From an uncultured Candidatus Rokubacteria bacterium (GTDB lineage: Bacteria; Methylomirabilota; Methylomirabilia; Rokubacteriales; CSP1-6): a stretch of 64,000 bases of DNA. Below, one piece after another: positions 1-9,023 of this stretch. Numbering within the stretch: the first letter of the stretch is position 1; every line of letters starts with the position of its first letter. The notes under the pieces were generated by a model. The model saw only the letters and a program-made list of their open reading frames with translations. It was not told the DNA's origin and made no database searches. The stretch covers positions 672,001 through 736,000 of the forward strand of contig CAVWFS010000007.1 of NCBI GenBank assembly GCA_963754315.1, given 5' to 3'. Position numbers and translations under genes: made by a program.

Positions 1-257
1 TTTCGACTGATCCCCAGAGACGCGATGGTGTGGGTGTTGAGCCGAACGAGGTCTGTCCGCTCTCCAAAGACGACCCGCCCGCCTGCCGGTTTGACGGAGC
101 CGGTGAGAACGTCGAACAGGGTCGTCTTGCCAGCCCCGTTCGGCCCGATCAGGAGCCGGATGCGCTCGTGCCGCGCCACGATCAGGTTCAGTTTCCGAAG
201 AGCCAGGAATCCATCGAAGGAGACGCTGAGATCCTCCACATAGAGAAGGGAGTCCAT
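1..257 (-). CDS. urtD: Urea ABC transporter ATP-binding subunit (runs off the left edge of the window)
   Basis: Not in the ORF track. Manual translation from ATG 257 gives MDSLLYVEDLSVSFDGFLALRKLNLIVARHERIRLLIGPNGAGKTTLFDVLT, with Walker A GPNGAGKT; directly follows urtC. Confidence 0.85.
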   Translation of the reverse strand, partial: MDSLLYVEDLSVSFDGFLALRKLNLIVARHERIRLLIGPNGAGKTTLFDVLTGSVKPAGGRVVFGERTDLVRLNTHTIASLGISR

Positions 258-261
258 GGCT

Positions 262-1395
262 CTAGCGACTTGCCTCGCCGACCCCGCGCGCGGTGATTGG
301 CTCGCTTGCCGCCAGGCGGCGGCGTCCGAGGCGGACTGCACCAATCCCCCGGGCCAAGCCCATCAACCCTTGGGGGAAGAGCATGACAACGGTCACGAAC
401 AGAGCCCCGAGGATGATGGGCCACAGGGTGGGATAGCTCGCCGTGAGCACACTACGCAGCCAGTTGATCGAGACCGCCCCGATCACGGCACCCCACAAAG
501 ACCCCCGCCCGCCGAACGCCACCCAGATAACCACCTCGAGGGAGGGGAGCACGCCGACCTGGCTGGGCGTGATGATGCCGACCTGCGGCGCATAGAGCAT
601 GCCGGCCAGCCCGGCGAGGGTGGCGGAGATGGCGAAGGCCAGGATCTTGAACCGCGCGGGGTCGTAGCCGAGAAATTCCAGCCGCCGCTCGTTGTCACGA
701 ATCGCCTCCAAGACGAGGCCGGTCTTGGAGCGAACAAGCCACCGGGCTGCCAGCAGGGAAAGGAGGAGCACCGTCGCGGTGACCATGTACAGGACCCGGT
801 GCGTGCCAGGGTCGGCCAGAGAGAAGCCCAGGATCGACTTGAAATCCGTGAGGCCGTTCGTCCCTCCAAGCCGCATCTCGTTACGATTCAGCATGAGCCA
901 CACCGCAAAAGCGATGGCCTGGCTGAGGATGGCGAAATACGTCCCACGGAGGCGTCGCCTGAACGTGACCAGGCCGATGAGGGCGGCCAGCAGCGCCGGC
1001 AAGAGGATGGCCGACGCTACGGCGAAGAGCACCGACCGGAACGGCTTCCAGAAGAGCGGCAGATGGGTCACCTGGTTCCAGACCATGAAGTCGGGAATGG
1101 CCTCGCCGTAGACACCTTTGCCGGCCGAGGACAGGAGCATGGACATCCCGATCGAGTAGGCGCCGATGCCAAAGAAGATGGCCTGCCCCAGGGAAAGCAC
1201 CCCCGCATACCCCCAGAGCAGGTCGAGGCCGAGGGCGAGGATGGCCAGGGCCAGATACTTGCCGAACAGATTGAGGTAGTAATCCGAGACCACACCGAGC
1301 GCGTTGAGCAGGGGCATCACGGCAATGAAGAGCACGCCGAAGAGCCAGAGGGAGGCAGGGCTCGGCCCGCGCGCTCCGTTCAGGGTAATTGGCAT
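262..1395 (-). CDS. urtC: Urea ABC transporter permease
   Basis: Hydrophobic LivM-type permease (LGLDLLWGYAGVLSLGQ, IPDFMVWN, LPLFW). Start placed at ATG 1395, overlapping the urtB stop. Confidence 0.88.
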   Translation of the reverse strand: MPITLNGARGPSPASLWLFGVLFIAVMPLLNALGVVSDYYLNLFGKYLALAILALGLDLLWGYAGVLSLGQAIFFGIGAYSIGMSMLLSSAGKGVYGEAIPDFMVWNQVTHLPLFWKPFRSVLFAVASAILLPALLAALIGLVTFRRRLRGTYFAILSQAIAFAVWLMLNRNEMRLGGTNGLTDFKSILGFSLADPGTHRVLYMVTATVLLLSLLAARWLVRSKTGLVLEAIRDNERRLEFLGYDPARFKILAFAISATLAGLAGMLYAPQVGIITPSQVGVLPSLEVVIWVAFGGRGSLWGAVIGAVSINWLRSVLTASYPTLWPIILGALFVTVVMLFPQGLMGLARGIGAVRLGRRRLAASEPITARGVGEASR

Positions 1396-3041
1396 CACGC
1401 GCCGGAGGGCGCCTCCGCCGCCGCCCGGCCGCGCTGCGGGAACAAACCGGTCGGACGCCACTGGAGAAACCAGATCACGATGAGCAGGACCGCCACCTTC
1501 GCGTAGACCGCGGCCGCCGTGCCCCCGATGGCCGGCTCCAGCAGTTTGTTGACGAGGCCGAGTCCGAAGGCAGCCACCACCGTGCCCAGGAGCCGGCCGA
1601 CTCCCCCAAGAACGACAACCATGAACGAGTCGACGATGTACGTCTTCCCCACCTCCGGATCCACCGTCCCGATCAGGCTGAGGGCGCAGCCGGCCACGCC
1701 GGCCAGGGCGGTGCCGAGAGCGAAGGTGACCGCGTCGATTCGTCGGGTCGACACGCCGAGCGACGACGCCATGGCTCGGTTCTGCATCACCGCCCGGACC
1801 TTGAGGCCGGAATAGGTTCGCTGCAGGAGAAGCCAGAGAGCAGCCAAGGCTGCTCCCGCCAGACCCACGATAAAGATGCGGCTCCACGGAAAGACGAGAC
1901 CCGGCATCACTTCAGGTCCGCCGCGAAGCCACGTCGGTGAGTTCACGCTGGTCTGATCGCCGAACCACAGGCGGGCGGCTTGCTGCAGGATGAGACCGAT
2001 GCCCCAGGTCACGATGAGGGTTTCCAGCGGCCGCCCGTACAGAAAGCGAATCACCGTGCCTTCCAGCACGAGCCCGACGAGCCCGGCCGCCAGGAACGAC
2101 AGCGGCAAGGCGACGAAGAAATACGAATCTTGATGGGTCGGCCACCGCGTGGCGAAGATCTCCTGCACGACATAGGCTGTGTAGGAGCCAATCATCAGCA
2201 TCTCGCCGTGAGCCATGTTGATGATGCCCATCAACCCGAAGGTGACGGCCAGGCCGAGGCTCATCAGGAGCAGGACCGCCCCGAGGCTCACCCCGTTGAA
2301 GAGGTAACCGACGAGACCTCGAATCCCGATGTACGACTCGAGGCTACGCTGGCCCTCCCGCGCCGCCGCACGCACACCCGGGTCGGGATCGTCGGTCGCC
2401 AGGCTTCGCAGCTGGGCGAGGGCCGCCTCGGAGCGCGAGCCGGCAAGAAACCGCACCGCAGCAATCCGTGCCTCCGGCTCCGCCGCACCGAGCCGAAGCT
2501 TGGCCAACCCTTCCTCCAGCAGCGCGCGAATCTCAGGCAGTGTTTCACGCTCGCGCGCGCGCGACAGGACGGGCACGGCGGTGGGGTCACGCGAGTTACC
2601 GAGCTTGATCGCTGCCGACTTCCGCACCTCAGGCTTCGTGCTGAAGATCTCCAAGCGCTGGAGGACGCTCTGTACCATCCCGAAGAGCGACTCGTCGAGC
2701 GGCACCGGCTCCTGGCCGGACGCGATGGTCACGGGTGCTCCCTGCGCGTCGAGCGCCGGACGACCGCGCGTGTCCTGAGCGCTGCCATCGTCGCCGAGCA
2801 TCAGGAGTCGGCCCTGGTCCCGATAGAGCGCCCCGTCCTTGAGGGCGCGCAGGAGGGGCTCCACTGCCGGATCGCCGAGTTTCTCCAGCGCCTGGATGGC
2901 CTCGCGCTGCTGGGCGGGGTCACCCAGACGCGTGGCCAGGGCGTCCAGATCGGCGGCGGCCGAGGCGGCTCGCGCCACCCCGGCCCCCACGCCCAGAAGG
3001 GCGAGCAGCGCGAGGCTGCTCAGGACTTTTCCGACAACCAC
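1395..3041 (-). CDS. urtB: Urea ABC transporter permease with N-terminal periplasmic HEAT-like repeats
   Basis: Signal peptide, HEAT-like repeats, then LivH-type permease (GLAVTFGLMGIINMAHGE, YGRPLETL). Confidence 0.88.
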   Translation of the reverse strand: MVVGKVLSSLALLALLGVGAGVARAASAAADLDALATRLGDPAQQREAIQALEKLGDPAVEPLLRALKDGALYRDQGRLLMLGDDGSAQDTRGRPALDAQGAPVTIASGQEPVPLDESLFGMVQSVLQRLEIFSTKPEVRKSAAIKLGNSRDPTAVPVLSRARERETLPEIRALLEEGLAKLRLGAAEPEARIAAVRFLAGSRSEAALAQLRSLATDDPDPGVRAAAREGQRSLESYIGIRGLVGYLFNGVSLGAVLLLMSLGLAVTFGLMGIINMAHGEMLMIGSYTAYVVQEIFATRWPTHQDSYFFVALPLSFLAAGLVGLVLEGTVIRFLYGRPLETLIVTWGIGLILQQAARLWFGDQTSVNSPTWLRGGPEVMPGLVFPWSRIFIVGLAGAALAALWLLLQRTYSGLKVRAVMQNRAMASSLGVSTRRIDAVTFALGTALAGVAGCALSLIGTVDPEVGKTYIVDSFMVVVLGGVGRLLGTVVAAFGLGLVNKLLEPAIGGTAAAVYAKVAVLLIVIWFLQWRPTGLFPQRGRAAAEAPSGA

Positions 3042-4345
3042 ACGCGCTTGCCGCCCACGGTGTCGAACGTGCCCTTACCGCCCTTGGACCAGTCGCACGC
3101 TCGGCCCGGATAGGTCAAGCCGCTCCAGGGCTCGGGCGCAACCCATCCCTTGGAGCGCCACACCACGTCGAACTGACCGTCCTCCCTGATCTTGCCGATG
3201 TAGACGGGCTTCCACGTGTGATGGTTCTTCTCATCGACTTTGTAGTTGCCCACCGGGCTCATGACGTCGAGGCCCTCGACAGCCTTCAGGACCTTGTCGA
3301 CCTCGGTGCTCTCCGCCTTCTGGGCGGCCTTGGCCCAGAGCTTCACGTGGATGTAGCCGTGCATCATCGGGTCGTCGGTCACCGCCTGCTTCTCGGCGAT
3401 CCCCTTCTTCTTCGCGAACTCCTTGTAGGCCTTCACCCACTTGATGTTCTCGGGTGTCTTGAGGGACATGAAATAGTTCCAGGAGGCGAGATGGCCGACG
3501 AGTGGCTTGACGTCGAGCGTCTGCAGCTCCACCTCGGCGAAGCTGAACGACATGACGGGGCAGCGGTCGGCGGTCACGCCTTGATTCGCCAGCTCCTTGA
3601 AGAACGGAACGTTGCTGTCGCCGTTGATGGTGTTGATGACGGCGGCGTCGCCGGCAGCGGCAAAGCTCTTCACCTTGCCCACGATCGTCTGGTAGTCCTG
3701 ATGGTGGAAGGGCGTGTATTCCTCCGCGATGGCCGAGTCGGGAACCTTCTTGACCTTGTTCAGATAGATGCGCAGGATCTTGTTCGTCGTCCGCGGGTAC
3801 ACGTAATCGGAGCCGAGCAGGTAGAACCGCTTCTTGGCGCCGCCCTCCGGGCTCATTAAGTAATCGACACCGGGAGTGGCCTGCTGGTTGATGGTGGCCC
3901 CGGTGTAGATGACGTTCTTCGAGCACTCCTCCCCTTCGTATTGGACGGGGTAGAAGAGCAGGCCGTTGTTCTTCTCGAACACGGGCAGGACCGATTTGCG
4001 GCTCACCGAGGTCCAGCAGCCAAAGACCGCGGCCACCTTGTCTTGCAGCAAGAGCTTCTTGGACTTCTCCGCGAAGAGGTCCCAGTTCGAGGCGGGGTCC
4101 TCAACGATGGGCTCGACCTTGCGGCCGAGTACCCCTCCACTGGCATTGACCTCCTCGATCGCCATCAGGATCACGTCCTTCAACGGGGCCTCGCTGATGG
4201 CCATCGTTCCGCTGAGCGAGTGTAGAACGCCGACCTTGATGGGCTCCTGCGCCCGCAGGAGGTGAGGCATCCCGAGGCCGCTCCCCACCACCACACCAGT
4301 GGTGAGCGAGCCCTTCAGAAAGTCACGACGAGAGCACACGGACAT
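3020..4345 (-). CDS. urtA: Urea ABC transporter substrate-binding protein (Tat signal)
   Basis: SRRDFLK Tat motif; IKVGVLHSLSGTMAISE, FGCWTSVSRK and FYPVQYEG are typical of UrtA. Start ATG 4345 follows an AGGAGG RBS. Confidence 0.9.
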   Translation of the reverse strand: MSVCSRRDFLKGSLTTGVVVGSGLGMPHLLRAQEPIKVGVLHSLSGTMAISEAPLKDVILMAIEEVNASGGVLGRKVEPIVEDPASNWDLFAEKSKKLLLQDKVAAVFGCWTSVSRKSVLPVFEKNNGLLFYPVQYEGEECSKNVIYTGATINQQATPGVDYLMSPEGGAKKRFYLLGSDYVYPRTTNKILRIYLNKVKKVPDSAIAEEYTPFHHQDYQTIVGKVKSFAAAGDAAVINTINGDSNVPFFKELANQGVTADRCPVMSFSFAEVELQTLDVKPLVGHLASWNYFMSLKTPENIKWVKAYKEFAKKKGIAEKQAVTDDPMMHGYIHVKLWAKAAQKAESTEVDKVLKAVEGLDVMSPVGNYKVDEKNHHTWKPVYIGKIREDGQFDVVWRSKGWVAPEPWSGLTYPGRACDWSKGGKGTFDTVGGKRVWLSEKS

Positions 4346-4495
4346 TGGCGCCTCCTTTCTGTCACGGTTGTTCACGAGGTGCCGAAGACTCGGATTCGTA
4401 GCGGCACCGAGCATGTCGGCTACACGCTCAGCGGTCCACGCCCACGCTGGCGCGGTTCGGGAGGGACGCCGCTGTCCGCTCGGAACCAGGTGGGT

Positions 4496-4511
4496 AGCAA
4501 GAGGCATACCG
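4496..4511 (-). promoter_or_regulatory. Sigma54 (-24/-12) promoter candidate for the urt operon
   Basis: Minus strand reads CGGTATGCCTCTTGCT, i.e. GG-N10-GC with TTGC, about 150 bp upstream of urtA; fits nitrogen-regulated transport. Confidence 0.6.
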
Positions 4512-4653
4512 CACGAGATTGAAGCCAGTCGCGGGATTACGTGACAGCGGGCTCAGAATGTTGCCTACCGAACGGGCACGGGGCCGAAGACTGACTCATT
4601 CGTGAGCATCGTCACCCGCCGGAACACCTTCGAAATCTTGTAAGCTCGAGCCC

Positions 4654-6969
4654 ATGGCCCACTCGAGCGAACACCCAAGCGCTGGCTATATCGGACGGCC
4701 CATGAAGCGACGCGAGGACCCGCGCCTACTCACCGGCACCGGGCGCTACGTGGACGACCTCGCTCCCCCGGGCTGCCTGCACGCGGTCTTCGTGCGTTCC
4801 CCCCACGCGCACGCTCGGATCGTTCGCCTCGACGTCGATGCAGCCCGCAGGGCTCAGCGGGTGGTCGCGATCGTGACGGGGGAGGACGTGGCCCATCTCC
4901 CTCCGATGCCGGTGAATCGGGCCATCCCCGATATGAAGGTTCCGCCTCACCCGCTCGTCGCCCTCGGCCACGTCCGTGCCGCTGGAGTTCCCGTCGTCGT
5001 GGTCGTCGCCGAGAGTGTCGAGGCGGCACGGGACGCCGCCGAGCTTATCGAAGTCGAGTACGAGCCGCTCGCGGCCACGGTGGAGCCGGAGGAGGCTTTG
5101 GCGCCCAGTGCGCCGCTGCTGTTCCCGGACATCGAGGGTAATCGCTCGTTCCGGCGCGTCCTACGTCAGGGCGACGCCGCCGCCGCCTTCGCTGCCGCCG
5201 CCCATCGAGTGCCACTGCGCGTCGCCCAGTCGCGGATCGCTGCCGTGCCCATCGAACCGCGCGCGGTGCTGGCCGCCTTCGACACCTTGACCGAGGAGCT
5301 CACCCTGTGGGTGTCCTGCCAGGCGCCCTTCCGTATTCGGGCCGAGGTCGCTCGCCTGCTCGGCGTGCCGGAGTCGCGCGTCCGCGTGATCGCGCCCGAT
5401 GTGGGCGGAGGGTTCGGAGTGAAGAGCGGACCGTATCGAGAGGAGATCGTCCTGGCCTGGTTGGCGCCGCGCGTGAAGCGGCCCATCAAGTGGATCGCCA
5501 CCCGGGGCGAGGACATGGTCACCACGACTCACGCGCGCGGGGCAGTCTGCGAAGGAGAGCTCGCGCTCGATGCCGACGGGCGCATCCTCGCCCTCAGGGC
5601 GCGCGTCCTGGCTCCGCTTGGGTCTGCGTTGATGAATGCCGCCGCGGGGTCGCCGTGGAACCACGCCCGGCTCTTGCCCGGAGCGTACGTGGTGCCCGCC
5701 TGCGAGATCGAGGTGAGCGGCGCCCTCACCACGACCACGCCCCTTGCCGCCTACCGCGGAGCTGGCCGACCGGAAGCCTGCTTCTTCATCGAACGCCTGA
5801 TGGACACCGCGTCGCGGGTCGTCGGCCTGGACCCAGCGGAGATTCGGCGCCGTAATCTGATCGCGGCCGATGCCTTCCCGTACCGTACGGTGACCGGGCA
5901 GGTCTACGACTCCGGCGACTATCCCCAGGCCCTCCAGCGAGCGTTGGCCACCGCGGACTATCCCGCCCTTCGCCGGGCCCAGGAAGAGCGCCGGGGCCGT
6001 GGCGAGCTCGTGGGCATCGGTCTCACCAGCTACGTGGAGCCGTGCGCACTAGGGTGGGAGAGTGGCAGCCTCAAGGTCGAGCGTTCAGGCAGGGTCACGG
6101 CCATCACCGGGTCCAGCGCCCACGGGCAGGGACACGAGACGACCTTCGCCCAGGTGGTGGCCGACCACCTCGGAGTATCTCCGGACGACGTCAGCGTCGT
6201 GCACGGAGACACGCGGAGCGGCCCCGAAGGCTTCGGGACCTTCGGCAGCCGTAGCGTGGCGCTCGGCGGCGGCGCGCTCGCCCGTGTGTCGGCCGAGGTG
6301 GCCGAGAAGGGACGCCGCATCGCCGCCAAGCTGCTGGAGGCTGCCGCCGCGGACGTGGCCAAGGTCCCAGGGGGCTTCCAGGTCGTCGGGGTTCCTCAGC
6401 GACGGGTGACGTGGACGGAGGTCGCCGCGGCCGCCTATGCGGGAGGCGCCTCCCTGCCGACCGGGGAAACGCCGGGCCTGGAGGCCACCGTCTACTTCGA
6501 CCCGCAAGGCGAGGTGTGGAGTTTCGGGGCGGTCGTTGCGGTCGTGTCGATCGATCGCGAGACGGGTCGGGCCACCGTGGAGAACCTCGTGTGGGTGGAC
6601 GACGCTGGTACCGTGATCAACCCTCTCCTAGCCGAGGGGCAACTACACGGCTCGCTCGCTCAAGGTCTCGGGCAGATCCTGATGGAGCGCATCGTGTACG
6701 ACGCCGACGGTCAGCTCTTGACGGGCACTCTGATGGACTACGCGCTTCCGCGCGCCGACGACGTGCCGCCCGTGCTGATCGAGAAGATGCACACGCCATC
6801 TCCGCGCAACCCGCTCGGCGCCAAGGGCCTCGGCGAGGCGGGGTGTATCGCCATGCCGCCGGCCATCGTGAACGCGGTGGTCGATGCCCTGTCGCCCTTG
6901 GGCATCACTCACCTCGACATGCCGCTCACCCCAGAGCGGATCTGGGCGGCGCTCGACGGCCACGCGTAG
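4654..6969 (+). CDS. Xanthine dehydrogenase family molybdopterin-binding large subunit (CoxL/CutL-like)
   Basis: RREDPRLLTG, VGGGFG, AYRGAGRPE, QGHETTFAQ, GAKGLGEAG motifs. Confidence 0.92.
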   Translation: MAHSSEHPSAGYIGRPMKRREDPRLLTGTGRYVDDLAPPGCLHAVFVRSPHAHARIVRLDVDAARRAQRVVAIVTGEDVAHLPPMPVNRAIPDMKVPPHPLVALGHVRAAGVPVVVVVAESVEAARDAAELIEVEYEPLAATVEPEEALAPSAPLLFPDIEGNRSFRRVLRQGDAAAAFAAAAHRVPLRVAQSRIAAVPIEPRAVLAAFDTLTEELTLWVSCQAPFRIRAEVARLLGVPESRVRVIAPDVGGGFGVKSGPYREEIVLAWLAPRVKRPIKWIATRGEDMVTTTHARGAVCEGELALDADGRILALRARVLAPLGSALMNAAAGSPWNHARLLPGAYVVPACEIEVSGALTTTTPLAAYRGAGRPEACFFIERLMDTASRVVGLDPAEIRRRNLIAADAFPYRTVTGQVYDSGDYPQALQRALATADYPALRRAQEERRGRGELVGIGLTSYVEPCALGWESGSLKVERSGRVTAITGSSAHGQGHETTFAQVVADHLGVSPDDVSVVHGDTRSGPEGFGTFGSRSVALGGGALARVSAEVAEKGRRIAAKLLEAAAADVAKVPGGFQVVGVPQRRVTWTEVAAAAYAGGASLPTGETPGLEATVYFDPQGEVWSFGAVVAVVSIDRETGRATVENLVWVDDAGTVINPLLAEGQLHGSLAQGLGQILMERIVYDADGQLLTGTLMDYALPRADDVPPVLIEKMHTPSPRNPLGAKGLGEAGCIAMPPAIVNAVVDALSPLGITHLDMPLTPERIWAALDGHA

Positions 6970-6973
6970 CGGG

Positions 6974-9016
6974 ATGCCGGCTAGACTAGGAGTCGACGTC
7001 GGAGGCACCTTCACCGACGTCGCCGTGTGGGACGACGAGAGCCATCGGCTTTCAGTCTTCAAGCTTGCCACGGTTCCGCACGAACCGGACGAGGGCATTC
7101 TGTCCGGCATCCTCGCGATCACAGAGCGCGAAGGCATCTCCCCCGGCCAGCTCCACTTCGTGGCTCACGGAACGACCGTGGCCACCAACGCGCTCCTGGA
7201 AGGCAAGGGCGCTCGTACGGCGCTGATCACCACGCGAGGCTTCCGCGACCTCCTGGAGATCGCCCGCCAGAAACGTCCGCATTTATACGATCTGCAGGCC
7301 GACAAGACGGCGCCCCTCGTTCCCCGCGACTTGCGCCTTGAAGTGCGCGAGCGCCTCCTGGCGGACGGCTCGGTCCTGGACAGCCTCCGCATGGAGGAGG
7401 CGGACGAGGCGCTCACCACCCTGAGCGGGGCGGATCCCGAGGCAATCGCGGTGTGCTTTCTCTATAGCTTCCTCGACCCCACTCATGAGCGGCAGGTCGC
7501 GGCACGAACCCGCGAGCGCCTGCCCGGGTGTTACGTATCCCTGTCGTCCGAGGTCTCGCCGGAATTCCGGGAGTACGAGCGTCTTGCCACCACGGTTCTC
7601 AACGCCTACCTCGGCCCCTTGATCAGCCGCTACGTCGAGCGGTTCGGAGAGAACGTCCGCCGTCTGGGAATTCCCAGGCCTCCCTACATCAACCAGTCGA
7701 ACGGTGGCATCATCTCGGTCTCGACAGCGGCCCGCCATCCGGTGCGAACGCTCCTCTCGGGCCCCAGCGCCGGCGTGATGGGCGCCGCCTGGGTTGCTCG
7801 TCAAGCGGGGTATCAGTCGCTGATCACCTTCGATATGGGCGGGACGTCCACCGATGTGGCCCGCGTCGAGGGTGGTCAGCCGATCCTGACGCGAGAGCGG
7901 ACGATCAATGGGCAGCCCGTCCGGATTCCCGCCCTGGAGATCGAGAGTGTCGGCGCGGGCGGCGGTAGCATCGCCTGGGTGGATTCGGGCGGCGCTCTCA
8001 AGGTTGGTCCCGAGAGCGCCGGCGCCAACCCGGGCCCGGCCTGCTACGGGCGCGGGAACCGACGTCCTACCGTCACGGACGCGAATATCGTGCTCGGTCG
8101 TCTCAACGCCACACACTTGCTCGATGGACGCATGCCTCTGCATGCTGACCTGGCCACCTTGGCCATCGCGGAGCTTGCCGCCCAGCTGGCTCTGTCTTCC
8201 CTCGACGCGGCGCGCGGAATTCTCTCGGTGGTCCAAGCAAACATGCTCGGGGCCATCCGGGTCGTCTCCGTGCGCAAAGGATACGATCCACGAGCCTACA
8301 CGATGGTCGCCTTCGGGGGCGCCGGCCCTCTGCACGCCGGAGCGTTGGCCCGAGATCTCGGGATCCGCCAGGTCCTGATCCCGTCCGTCCCGGGAATCGT
8401 CTGCGCGCTTGGCCTCCTCGTCGAGCCGCTGAGGCTCGATCTTGTCCGCACGCGCGTCTCTTTACTGGACGCGCTCACCGATGACGACCTGAACACGCTC
8501 TTCGGTGAGATGGAGCGCGAGGCCGATGACTGGCTCGAGCAGGAGTCGGTGCCACCGGCCCGGCGTCGCCGCCGGCGCGCCTTCGACATGCGCTATCTAG
8601 GCCAGAATTTCGAGCTCACGGTACCCGAACCGCCGGGCCCATTGGGGCACGAGGCCCTCCGATCCGCCTTTGCGCGCGAGCACGAGCGCGTCTACGGCTA
8701 CGCCGCCTCCGATGAGCCCGTGCAGGTGGTGGCCTTCCGCTTGACTGCGCTCGGCGAGGTCGACAGCGTGAGCTTCCCGATCTCACCGAAGGCTGCGCAT
8801 CCCGAGCCCGACGAGGCCTGCATCGGGCAGCGGCCCGTGTACTTCGACGAAACGGGTGGATTTGTCCCCACCGGCGTCTATCGCCGCGAACGGCTCACAT
8901 TCGGCCACCGACTCATCGGGCCCGCGGTCGTCGAGCAGATGGATTCGACCACGCTCATCCTTCCCGGCCAGCAAGCCCGCGTCGATGAGTGGGCCAACCT
9001 GCTGATCACGGTCTGA
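6974..9016 (+). CDS. Hydantoinase A / 5-oxoprolinase family subunit
   Basis: GVDVGGTFTD, HGTTVATNALLE, SGPSAG, DMGGTSTD, GAGGGSIA; start ATG 6974. Confidence 0.92.
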   Translation: MPARLGVDVGGTFTDVAVWDDESHRLSVFKLATVPHEPDEGILSGILAITEREGISPGQLHFVAHGTTVATNALLEGKGARTALITTRGFRDLLEIARQKRPHLYDLQADKTAPLVPRDLRLEVRERLLADGSVLDSLRMEEADEALTTLSGADPEAIAVCFLYSFLDPTHERQVAARTRERLPGCYVSLSSEVSPEFREYERLATTVLNAYLGPLISRYVERFGENVRRLGIPRPPYINQSNGGIISVSTAARHPVRTLLSGPSAGVMGAAWVARQAGYQSLITFDMGGTSTDVARVEGGQPILTRERTINGQPVRIPALEIESVGAGGGSIAWVDSGGALKVGPESAGANPGPACYGRGNRRPTVTDANIVLGRLNATHLLDGRMPLHADLATLAIAELAAQLALSSLDAARGILSVVQANMLGAIRVVSVRKGYDPRAYTMVAFGGAGPLHAGALARDLGIRQVLIPSVPGIVCALGLLVEPLRLDLVRTRVSLLDALTDDDLNTLFGEMEREADDWLEQESVPPARRRRRRAFDMRYLGQNFELTVPEPPGPLGHEALRSAFAREHERVYGYAASDEPVQVVAFRLTALGEVDSVSFPISPKAAHPEPDEACIGQRPVYFDETGGFVPTGVYRRERLTFGHRLIGPAVVEQMDSTTLILPGQQARVDEWANLLITV

Positions 9017-9023
9017 AGAAGCC

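Noticed and set aside
256..1506. Long antisense and alternative-frame ORFs (e.g. 256..1506+, 15107..16327+, 36315..37772+, 59649..61352+)
   Set aside because: Shadow ORFs opposite well-supported genes, expected in high-GC DNA with strong codon bias; no recognisable motifs.
4346..4653. Riboswitch (e.g. guanidine) in the urtA leader
   Set aside because: No conserved riboswitch motif was recognisable by eye; an Rfam/Infernal scan would be needed.
4654..6969. Aerobic CO dehydrogenase (coxL form I)
   Set aside because: The active-site loop is AYRGAGR, not AYxCSFR, and there are no coxM, coxS or accessory genes.
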